From Octopus sinensis (taxonomy: Eukaryota): a stretch of 64,000 nucleotides of DNA. Where the stretch lies: positions 7,626,001 to 7,690,000 of the forward strand of contig NC_043007.1 of the NCBI RefSeq assembly GCF_006345805.1, read 5' to 3'. Below are positions 28,151 through 40,162 of this stretch, one piece after another. Made by a program: the position numbers and the translations under genes. Below the pieces are notes generated by a model. That model saw only the letters and a list, made by a program, of their open reading frames with translations. It made no database searches and was not told where the DNA came from. Numbering within the stretch: position 1 is the first letter of the stretch; every line of letters starts with the position of its first letter.

Positions 28151-29678
28151 TAGCACTTTACTGAGATAATGATGAAACGTTTCACGTTGCGTTGTATGAG
28201 TTCAAAGTCGAAGTACACGTGATATTCAATGGGATATTGAATAAACAAAAAATTTTATTACCTTTATTAATGTAATTAATTAAGCGTTCATTGCATGCCC
28301 TGACGTATTTTTCTTCGGCCGTATTGTCCAAAGAGAAAAAGGGGTTCCGTGGAACAAAGCCATGTAAAACCTGTGCTGCTGCTGTTCTAGTTTAGGGCAG
28401 TTTCTCATAGTAAGGCAGCTGTGACGATTGAAATCATTGGGGTACTTTACCATGCCCAACCCGTTGCCTGCTGTAACGTAGCTGGAGGGAGGTGGTCCGC
28501 TTCGGGCGGTACTTTTATGGGGGTGGAACCACTTTCGGGTCTGTTGTAGGCCATATGTATTTGGGGAGGGGGTGAAAATTGAATGACCACCCTGGGCGGC
28601 ACACACTCTAGCTACACATTTTGCCCGTCCGAAGCATTTTCATAAGTTTGTACAAAAAATCCATGTTTGTTTTCAGACTTTTATTTCGCCCTTGTTTCAT
28701 ACGTTCTGAATAATATCAAGCTTTCTTTTCATATGACTCAAATTATTCTTGAGGTTGACAAATTGCTGGGGATGTGTATTATATATAATGCATGGACGAC
28801 AGAAGAATACGTCCTGTGTATCGTGTGTGTAAAATGGAAATGGCTTCCAACATTTTTACCTCGTCCAGCTCCATGACAAAGGAAGAATAATTTATGGTAG
28901 TAATCTCTATTTTCGCCTTATCACTTATAAAGAGGGGGCTGTGAGCTGGTACAATCGTTACTGTGTCGGTCAAAATGCTGATCTGCATTTCTTCTGGCTC
29001 TTTACGCTCTGTATTTAACACCGAGTTTATTTCTGCTTTTCACCTTTTTGGATAAAATAAGTTCTAGTTGACACTAAACCCTTCCTCCTGAAATTATTGC
29101 CAAAATTGTACTAAAATCAGAAAGACCTTATAAATAGAAGATTCAAAGAAATTTCACGGCCATTTCGGGTGGATATCTATATTATACAGTATAAAATCCG
29201 TTGGTTGGGTGGGAATAGGATGAGTTAGTTTCAAGGTTTTGTTGCTGTTGTTTTCTTGATAGCCTTGTCATAAAAGGAAGAACAGCAGGAAAAATCCCTT
29301 CCGGGATTTCAGGGACTGATAAGAACATTTGACCCAAATACTTGCAATCAAATAAAGCTCGCTGAAAGTGCCCAAGGGTCAGTTGGGGGCATCAAGCCAT
29401 TGGTTGAAATATCAAGTCACAAAATTCGCTCCATAAGACACCCACTTACACCAGAAACTCTCTGGGTTTTTTTTACTTTATCTTTTAACAGACTTTGAAA
29501 TGCCCAAATTCAGGCTGGACAATAATGATCCTCAATCTTATCCCCCAGACTGGTGTAACAGGGATCAAACGAAGACCAAGTTTACCAAGAGACGAGGAAC
29601 AATTCTTCTCTTGGTAAACTTTAAAACAGATAAGAACTTCATCTCAATGAGACGATTTAAATGAAGTGTAGTAGTAGT

Positions 29679-29990
29679 GGAGGCGCAATGGCTCAGTGGT
29701 TAGGGCAGCGGACTCGCGGTCGTAGGATCGGGGTTTCGATTCCCAGACCGGGCGTTGTGCGTGTTTATTGAGCGAAAACACCTAAAAGCTCCACAAGGCT
29801 CCGGCAGGGGGTGGTCGCGACCCCTGTTGTACTCTTTCGCCACAACTTTCTCTCACTCTTTCTTCCTGTTTCTTGAGTAACGCTGCGATGGACTGGTGTC
29901 CCGTCCAGCTGGGGGGAGGAACACATACGCCACAGAAACCGGGAAACCTGGCCCATGTGCCTAGCTAGGCTTGAAATGGGCGACGTTTAT
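29679..29990 (+). mobile_element. tRNA-derived SINE (family 3)
   Basis: Head ggaggcgcaatggctcagtggttagggcagcggactcgcgg...tttcgattcc; second copy at ~54817-55110. Confidence 0.8.
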
Positions 29991-31905
29991 CGTTTTTTTT
30001 TTATCATAGTAGAAGTAATGCGCAGGCTAAAACTACGTGCCTTCACTAGTCAGTTAAGGTGAGACAGTGTCACGTGACAACTTGCTGGGGCTGCCTGCTG
30101 AAGCCTAGCGGCAGGTATTTAAATGGGAAAATTTGACAAGTCAGTGAGTCACCGGCTGACACTCGTGGACGATACATCGAAGAGGCCAGGGAACAGAAGA
30201 AAGAAGACATGCACTCAACACCAGAGCTGAAGACACCTCCGAAAGTGGGGGCCCCGCCACGTCAAAACGGTAGAGGAGTAGGGGCCGAAACCGGACGTGG
30301 TTCCTCCTGATGATGTCTTGAGCTAACTGGATCCTGTAAAGGAGCTGTTGTGGTAGCAGACCACGAAATACGGTTGTAATTCCTCTGTGCGCGCGCGTGT
30401 GTATGTGTGTGTGTGACTCTTTCCCGCCTATAATCACAAGGAAAGCTGAATTCACCTTAAAAAACTAACGAAGTTCACCTCCATTTCCCAACAAGGCAAC
30501 TGAACCGGTTCCGTATTTGTGCTTATTTCCAACGTGGGAGATTTTAAGCGGTCGCTTGGCTTACTACAATTCGTTGTCAAATCTGTCACAAATTAGACGC
30601 TAGATGTCGTGCAAACAACTTGCACATGCAAGTGCTACCAGTCAAAAACTCCGCATACCGGAAGCCAGCAAGTGTATGGGGTCATCAGGAGAGAATGCGC
30701 GCCGTTTCGGGGCCTACCTCTCGACGGCATCAATGCGCACCGGCCCCCCCTCACTGATATGAGGCCCCGCTTGCTAGATCAGCTGGTTATTAAATAAAGC
30801 TCAATATACTTCTAGCCATCGCTCATCGTCTCTTCTTAACGAAATCCAGTGGCTAGCCTTCTCCACTGTAGTTTGGATATCGGTCATGGTGGTATTGACT
30901 TTACGATGAGTTAGGCCTAACGATAACAACATATTAAAACAGGAATGACACGAGCGATAATGTTATTATAGAAACATTGAAGGAAATACAAAACGGTCAA
31001 TGCCGTAGCAGCTTTGATATTTTCTTCGATCACAAATGGCTGTTTTATTTATTTATTACAGGATAAGTAAAGTATTTGAAACTGAGTTTATTCCGATTCT
31101 GTTTTTGAAAACCTTATCACTGCGGTTTGACAATTAAAGAGGGGTTTCTATGCAGTTTACGTCCATCCAGTTTCATTTTCAAGATATGAGTTAATTGAGG
31201 GCTATAAAAGATTGATATCTGCTCAAGATGTCATTTTCTGTTGCAGGTGAATCGAACCCGGCACTACTTGGCTGCGAAATGAACTTCTTAACCATTTAGC
31301 CATCATGAAATGTGTGTGTGTGTGTTTGTGTGAAGGTACGTAACCAAGTGGTTAAAGTGTTACACTCATGATCGCTAGTTCGCGGGTTCGATTCCCGGAC
31401 CGTGCCGCGCGTTCTGTTCCCTTTGCTGCAGTCCATTCGGCTGTAAATGGGTTACATCTTGTAACAGAATCGCCTTCTTCCGATTGGTGGGGGGGCGTAG
31501 GGGCTGCTTGCCTGGCCAGCGGGGCGGCCTCGTGCGAAAGCTACAGCAATGCCAAGTCCAATGTGATCAGCGATGTAAGACAACATCTGAGAGTCTGATC
31601 GATATTGTGATATGTATATTACAGTGTGTGTGTGTGTGTGGTGTAAATTGTAAGTAAGTTAACATGCATGCGAACGTTTCATTAAAACATGTAGCGACGA
31701 GAAAACTGTAAAACCGGTGCTTTCAAACAAAATTACCCCGTCTGATTCTACTTAAAGTGTAAGTAACTTTATTTCAATTTCACCAGCAAAAACACAGGGA
31801 AACGCTTGTTTGTCCATTGGAAAGCTGTAATGAACGACATTATTGTTCAGCAAATAAGATTACCTGAACCAATTTGAAGAAGTGGTGATATCTTTTGTCC
31901 AGAGA

Positions 31906-32499
31906 AGGCGGCGATCTGGCAGAAACGTTAGCACGCCGGGCGAAATGTGTAGCCGTATTTCGTCTGCCGTTACGTTCTGAGTTCAAATTCCGCCGAGGTC
32001 GGCTTTGCCTTTCATCCTTTCGGGGTCGATAAATTAAGTATCAGTTACGCACTGGGGTCGATGTAATCGACTTAATCCGTTTGCCTGTCTTTGTTTGTCC
32101 CCTCTGTGTTTAGCCCCTTGTGGGTAGTAACGAAATAGGTATTTCGTCTGCCGCTACGTTCTGCGTTCAAATTCTGCCGAGGTCGGCTTTGCCTTTCATC
32201 CTTTCGGGGTCGATAAATTAAGTACCAGTTACGCACTGGGGTCGATATAGTCGACTTAATCCGTTTGTCTGTCCTTGTTTGTCCCCTCTGTGTTTAGCCT
32301 CTTGTGGGTAGTAAAGAAATAGGTATTTCGTCTGCCGTTACGTTCTGAGTTCAAATTCCGCCGAGGTCGGCTTTGCCTTTCATCCTTTCGGGGGTCGATA
32401 AATTAAGTACCAGTTACGCACTGGGGTCGATATAATCTGTTTGTCTGTCTTTGTTTGTCCCCTCTGTGTTTAGCCTCTTGTGGGTAGTAAAGAAATAGG
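31906..32499 (+). mobile_element. SINE family 2 with its 184-bp body repeated three times
   Basis: Units start at 31955, 32139 and 32323; 14-bp TSD tatcttttgtccag at 31889-31902 and 32500-32513. Confidence 0.88.
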
Positions 32500-33133
32500 T
32501 ATCTTTTGTCCAGGGAGCAATAAAAAATGCTGTTTCAGGGAGAAAGAAAAGAGCGGATTTCTTTTCTTTCGCTTTTTTTTTTTGTGTTATTGTTGGTTTT
32601 TTATTCTGTAATAACAATTACATTTCTGAGATGAAAGAAAATATATACAAACATTTCTTCTGCCCCCTCCTTCCAACTTTCGTAACGTTTCCATTCTCCA
32701 TAAGGGTATTGAACCCCTGACGCTGTTTTGGAACAGCCACCGTAACCTGATATGGCAAGTAAATGGGCAAGGAATTATTTTCCTCCCCATTTTATAGAAT
32801 CCCTGTTTTTTCCCTCAACGTTAAGACCTTCCGAAGCATGTTTTTAGGTCATTTTACTTTAAAACGTTCCCCTTCCGTATTTGTTCCCCTGGCTTTCTGC
32901 TCCGTTCCTTCCTCGCCTGAATCAAAAATCGATTCCAAAGCTCCATAAAGACAAAAACAAAAAACGGCTGGGGAATGAAATAATTAATTAACTTAAATAC
33001 TCTCCGCAATCAAATTAAGCGAACCAAGTGCGCTAGTAATTTCAAGGGAGATAACTATAGTTGCTCTTTTCTCTTACTCGGTGAACTCTCCAGCGTTTAG
33101 GAATCACTTTTATTGACATTAGTCAGTTTCACT

Positions 33134-33207
33134 ATGAAAGTGCAGCACGTGTTGAACTGTGCTTTCTCCTCCTGGTTCCCAGCTTTCAAGAATCTCTCCC
33201 CACAAAG
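33134..33207 (+). CDS. CDC123: CDC123 coding exon 1 ([25 protein letters not shown])
   Basis: ATG at 33134; 74 nt, ends AG|gtattc; matches the CDC123 N-terminus. Confidence 0.92.
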
Positions 33208-36200
33208 GTATTCCTCCTCTCATTCTTTCTTCACTTCCCTACTACTAGCGGACAGTGGTCCCGGTGCGCGCATCCGCGCTAGCTAGTCGTAAGTAGTCGA
33301 TCCTACAACCACTTTTTAACCCTAATCTTGGTTTGTTTATAAAAATTATTTACTTTACGTTTTATTTACTTTGTTCGAAAAATATTCTTTAACTTTCTTT
33401 GATATGGATTCAGCCTTGAAATACAAACATACGCACAAGTCGTTGTAGGATCGACTACTTACGACTAGCTAGTGCGAGTGCGCTCACCGGGACCACTGTT
33501 CGCTAGTAGTACCATTCTTTGTTCACTTCTTTCTTTTATCATATCGCTTGTTTCTCGATGTGTATTTGTATATTAAATACAGTCCTTAAGTTAATTAAGC
33601 AGAGCAGTGATTCCGCCCAGCCTACGACGGTGCCCTCGGCCAACAACAGTCAAGTGGGACTTCCTAGTAAAATATATTTTTAACGGGTCGGATTTAACTA
33701 AAGCTCACATTCCGGATAGGAACGATCATTCTTAAAACCCCGTTCTTTGTGGAAACCAAAAGAAATGTGTAAAGGGTAACAACTCTGGACGCATGGAAGC
33801 GATAAACATTTCTTATTTCTTATCATGTCAAACGTAGTCGCGGTTTGGATATATTTGTCCTCTTTTGTTAGATTCATATTGAAACACACTTTGCTTGTCT
33901 CAGTTGATTTTGAAAATTAGGAAGATTTTAATAAAATAACTTTCTCAGTATTAGACGAGTGTTTGGGCCTTGAAATTTTGGTGGACAGTTTTTCATTTAG
34001 ATTAGTGTTCCTCAACCTTTTATTTCTTGTGGGACACTTATATTCTTTTCAGAATTCGGCGACACACCTGAACTAAAAGTATAGGGGGGAAATTATTCAG
34101 GTTACACTGCGGCACACCTTGCATCGTCTCGTGACGAACCAGTGTGCCGCGTCACACCGGTTGCAGGGCACTGATTTAGATGACTAAAACAGGAAGTTTG
34201 AATATTAGAACGAGCAGCAGTCTCTGGCATGTTGGTATCAAAAGGGTCACTGCTCACAAAACACCACTGAATGTGGAAGGCTGTTTTCGCTCGTATCTGC
34301 ATTTGATAAATCACTCTCTCACCCATACATAATAATATCGCTTTATTATACAGAATTGTTGTTTTCATTTTGGCATTTTTCGAAATAGTGATGGAGACTC
34401 CTTGTAAATGCCGAGGATGTCACATCCTCTTTCATTGATACTGAAATAGCAACAAAATCTCTCGAATCATGCCAGCCGTTTGCTTTTCATATTTACTCAC
34501 CTGGAACAATGTACTCTGAGACAGACTTCTTGCTTTTCAAGTGATCTAAATTAAAACCTACTCTCTCTTTTACTTGTTTCAGTCATTTGACTGTGGCCAT
34601 GCTGGAGTACCGCCTTTAGTCGGGCAAATCGACCCCAGGACTTATTCTTTGTAAGCCTAGTACTTATTCTATTGGTCTCTTTTTGCCGAACCGCTAACTT
34701 ACGGGGACGTAAACATACCAGCATCGGTTGTCGAGCGATGTTGGGGGGACAAACACAGACACACACACATACACACATATATATATAAATATATATGACA
34801 GGCTTCTTTCAGTTTCCATCACAAGAAGAAGACACTTGCCCAAGGTGCCACACAGTGGGACTGAACCCGGAACCATGTGGTTCGTAAGCAAGCTACTTAC
34901 CACACAGCCACTCCTGCGCCTATGAAAATGGAATCCGGGGTAGAGGAGACCCAGGAAGACATGGGATGAGGTTGTGAAGCATGACCTTTGAACGTTGGAC
35001 CACACAGAGGCAATAACAAAAGACAAGACCTCTGGAAATATGGTGTGACTGTGAAAACCCGGCAAATAAAGTGAGATCACACCTGTAACCTACACCAGTG
35101 TCGCATAACCAGCCCACTCAAAAATACCTTCGATTGTAGGGTGACATGCTGTGCTTGAGGAGACCTATTGAGTCAAGAACATCAACATCAAATCAAATAG
35201 AAATTGTAGTTGTGACCCCTGTGCCAGTACCAGATAAAAAGCACCATCCGAACGTGGCCGATGCCAGTGCCACTTTGACTGGCTTCCATGCCTGTGGCAC
35301 ATAAAATGCACCCTCTACACTCTCAGAGTGGTTGGCATTAGGAAGGGCATCCAGCTGTAGAAACACTGCCAGATCAGACTGGGGCTTGGTGCAGCCTCTT
35401 GGCTTCCCAGACCCCAGTCGAGCCGTCCAACCCATTCCTGCATCAAAAACAGATATTAAACGATGATGATGATGATTTCTGTGTTTTTAAAAATCATGTA
35501 ATAAGTGATAATAATTTTGAAAAAATTGTCAACAACAAAAAAAATTTGAAGGTGGAGCAGGAATTTAAACATTTGAAAAGTTGGGGTATTTTTTGAGAAA
35601 ATTCTAATCTCCGTTGTTGAAAATACCAGAATGCATTGAAACTTTTTGTTTTTTGCATGGGAAATGGTGGGTGCTTTTTCAAATATATTCACCTGGACAT
35701 TGCCAAATAGTGTTAATATTTCAACGTCCAGAATGTTCTGCAGATTGCTCAACCTGCTAGACATAGCAGCAAAATCACTCTTGAATCTTTTCCTATTCTT
35801 GTTTTAAGAAATTAAGATGGGAGTGATGGTTATTGGTGCAACACATTTGATCATAGGCGCTGACAAAGAACTAAACAACAATAGACATTTTTAACCAATA
35901 AAAGACCATCTAAGGAAATTTTTGATCTGCTAGAATTAGCTGCCACATCTCCCTCAATTCATTCTCTATCACAATTAAAAAAATTAGGTCAGGAGGTCAC
36001 AGTGGATAATGTAGTCTATTGACCTAGATATGCTGTTGGAAATAGAGGAAGCAAAGGTTTGAGCTGACAATATTTTATTTTTAAATTTATATTTTGATGT
36101 CAGAAATGAAAATATCAACCATATTTAATATTCCTCTCTTCTGTTTATGTCATTCCATAGCTTTATTATTCCACTGCCCAAGCAGTTTGTTGATTACCTA

Positions 36201-39200
36201 AAAGCTGATCGGGTTTTCCTGCCTGAAGGGTGAGTTCAAATTTATTTCATATTTACAAAAAAATGCAGGGTTTTAGATATTTGTCTTCTTCTTCTAAATG
36301 TGCATCATTGACTTTGCTTCACAATGGTTTTGGGTTCTGTCTTCACTGAATGACACTTTGGACACGCATCTTCTACTTTGGCCTTGGTTTGGCCAATGCC
36401 TTGTGAAGGAAATTTGGTAAATAGTTACTGAACTGAACCCCGTCTTATCTCAAAACATATTTTCCTAATCCATATTAGCATGGTAAAACAAACATGAAAC
36501 GAATGAGCAAGCGAATAGATGTAACAACCAAATACTCACACACATGTGTGTGTATCTGCCGTGTCTTTGCTTACACATCTTTCAGCTTGAGGTGATGACA
36601 CTTTTGTCCTACAGAAAGAAAAAGGCAACGGCTCAGTGACTCTTGCAGTGTTACTGAATATAATTTCTTTGTTGAAAAAGAAGTCAGAATCCGCATCAAT
36701 ATTGCCTCATCAAGTCTGGTCCCGTGACTAAAAAAATCAGACATAACAATGGTGATAATGATTTAGGGTGCAGGAAGTGGCTGTACTCATGGCCTTCAAC
36801 AAAACGTCCAAGATTCTTTAGATTCCTCAGCAAAATAATAAGTTTAAGGACGAATGTATTTGATGGAAGCAAGCAGAGAGACTAAGAGAAAGGAAGGGAA
36901 AATGATGAAAAGGAGGGAGGTCAGGATGATGCTTGTGTGAATGATGATGATGATGATGTTGGTAAACTTTTCTGAAGATTTTTATAGTTGATCAAAACAG
37001 TTGATAATTTTCTTGAACATTTGTGTTAGAAGTTACCCGTGTTGCAGCGACCTTGTCGTCCTATGTCTCTCTCTGCCTGCAGTACAGTCTTCTTTGATTC
37101 CAGAAAAGAAAATTAAGTTCCACATGGAAATTTTGCATGCCTGAGGATGTTTTCTCTCCCCAGACTCTTACCTGTTTTGAGTAAAGACTTCAACCTTTAT
37201 TTTTTTTTTTTTTTTGCAATTGTGTGAACTAAATCTGAAATCTTGCAACACCCTTAGCAACTGTCTGGGACACACCTTATGGTAGTATGTCCCACAGAAC
37301 CCAAAATGCAATTTCCAAAAAACTGCAGAACCCCTGCTGATATTTTATAGACAACCCCTGCCACCATAACTTTAATAAGGAATTGTTTTAGAGAGAATTT
37401 ATTTATATATAATAAATAAAAATTGTAACATTTATTGAAACAGATGAATCCTATTTGTCTATAAACTAAACTTTTGTCTTTTAGTTCCGGTCAGATCCAA
37501 CCCAAAGGCCGTGAGGATGCTGAAAGTGATGACGAAGACTACTTTGATGATGATGTAAGAGTTCATAGTTATATTTTCCCCTCTTCCCTTTTATTTCCCT
37601 TCACTTGCATTTACCCGACAGGGAAGGAGAAAACTGCATTGGTGTCTTGGTGGGTGGTCATTTCGGGAAAGCAAACTGAAGAAACTGATGTTGTTTAATT
37701 TCATTGAGATTCTGACTGAGAACAATCCTTCAGCTGTGGCCATCTTGTCTTCTTGTATCTCAAACACTAAATTGCCCCTTTATATCCCCTTTTTAGAAGC
37801 TCATTCTATAAAGTCATTGGTGAACAAGCAGAGACAATGCAACGTCAAGAAGACTTTCTAGTCTTGTCAAAATACATCCAGGACATTCTTTAAAAGTGGT
37901 TGGTGTCAGGAAAAGCAAAGCAACAAGACAGTGTTGACTCTTGTGAAATCTAAACATAGAATTTAATCAGATGCAGCACAAAATTTTGTCAGTGAACAGG
38001 TCGCGGTTTCAAAGTGGCAAAAATGTTTGCACACAAATTAAATTTAAATGTTGAAGTGAATCTAGCAGTTTTTGTGTGTTTTTTTTAAATGGCTTATAAA
38101 CACCTACCATGCTGCAATTGTTTTTGTTTCAGCACATGATCTCAGATCAAGTCACTTGCTATGCAAGTACATCTCTGTAATTAATGAATTGTTTTCCAAA
38201 GAAAAATAAGAAATTACATTTGATAATCTAGTTTCGATGTAACCAAAAAAGCTGGGATGACAGCAGAATGTTCTGAAGGGGCTCATCAATTGATTGTGTG
38301 TGTGTTTAGTTGCATAATTGTACATAGAGTAGCAAGCTACTACACACAAACACACACACAGTGTAGCAAGAAAACCTCCCACATTTTTACAGGTTGACAA
38401 AACATTTCAACAGTGAATGTCATGTGCTCCAAACCATGATGGTAACTGAAAAACAAAACAAACAAAAAAACGGTAAATCATCAGCTAAATGAAGAAATCG
38501 GTACCACATGCAGCAGACCAAGGATTGTGTAAGGTACTGGCAGTTTTTTCTGTTGCACCCTGTTCATACATTCTCAACCATATTGAAATACGAAGAAATG
38601 TAAATAAATCCAGTTTAATGAAGGTTTTTTTTTTTTTTTTCAGTATGAATGGAATTCCACACACGATGAAAATCGGGTAAGAATTGTTTTGCCATTTTAC
38701 AGACCTGCTTGAGATGATCCCCCCCCACTCCCCATCCACCTATCCACCCAACCATAACTTTGATGCAAATTTCCTGTCCTAAACGGATTATTCGATGAGA
38801 TTTGATTAAAATTCCATATCCGTCTTCTATGCTGGCATGGGTTAGACAGCTTAACAGGAATTGGTGAGCCAGAGGACTGCACCAAACTCCACTAAATCAA
38901 AACCTTCCAGTTTATGTTTATGTTCCAAACACCAGCTTTAATAAACTTATTTTGCTAAATTCTCTATTATTTTAAAAATTAATAAATTAAATAAAGTCAG
39001 TGTTATTTCCATAGAAATATGGTAACAAATGTGTTTAAAGGTTTAAAGAAAACTCTTCATAATCAGCTTGGTGCCAGTCTGCTGGTAGGGGCTGTGCACC
39101 TGGAGTTGGTCCAGTGGAAGGAGTTGTGCACCTGGCCTTTGCAGATCTTCTGGGACCAATGAGATTGATTCTGCTAGTGTCCCGCATGAACTCTCATAAG

Positions 39201-40126
39201 TTGTCTAGGGAGGGAAGAAATGGTTAGACATAGCAGAAAGTGCAGGGCTTGAGACGTTCAACACATATACACTAAGAGTGCCTAAGTGAATGATTATATG
39301 AGACTAAGCATGTTCAGTGGGACAGGGGCCAGGTAGACTTGGTAAAAAAGGAGAGAGAGAGAGAGAGACAAGACAGTGGTTTGTTTGTTTTGTGTCCATT
39401 TTTCACTTACACACACATGGTGAAGAAGTTCACTTTGTAACCACATGGTCTCGGGTTCATTCCTGCTGTGTGGCACCTTGGGTAAGTGTCTTCTACTAAA
39501 GCCTCAGACTGACTTAAGTGTGAATCTGGCAGATGGAATCTGTGTAGAAGCCCATCAGGATTGGCTGTGTGGTAAGTAACTTGTTTACCAACCACATGGT
39601 TCCGGGTTCAGTCCCACTGCGTGGCACCTTGGGCAAGTGTCTTCTCCTATAGCCACAGGCTGACCAAAGCCTTATGAGTGGATTTGGTAGACAGAAACTG
39701 AAAGAAGCTTGTCAATATATGTGTATATATATATATTCTCTTTTACTTGCTTCAGTCATTTGACTGCAGCCATGCTGGAGCACCGCCTTTAGTCGAGCAA
39801 ACTCAACCCCGGGACTTATTCTTTGTAAGCCCAGTACTTATTCTATCGGTCTCTTTGGCCGAACCGCTAAGTGACGGGGACGTAAACACACCAGCATCGG
39901 TTGTCAAGCAATGCTAGGGGGACAAACACAGACACACACACATACACATATATATATATATACATATATACGACAGGCTTCTTTCAGTTTCTGTCTACCA
40001 AATCCACTCACAAGGCATTGGTCGGCCCGGGGCTATAGGAGAAGACACTTGCCCAAGGTGCCACGCAGTAGGACTAAACCCGGAACCATGTGGTTGGTTA
40101 GCAAGCTACTTACCACACAGCCACTC

Positions 40127-40162
<36 letters not shown>

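Noticed and set aside
29679-29760. tRNA gene (also the heads at 31335, 34850-34922 and 54817)
   Set aside because: The tRNA-like heads lack a complete cloverleaf and continue into SINE bodies repeated in the window.
30060-30870. Possible solo LTR or Gypsy 3' end
   Set aside because: No paired LTR, TSD, PBS or convincing PPT could be defined.
31906-32499. CRISPR-like or satellite array
   Set aside because: The units are complete SINE bodies without unique spacers, in a eukaryotic context.
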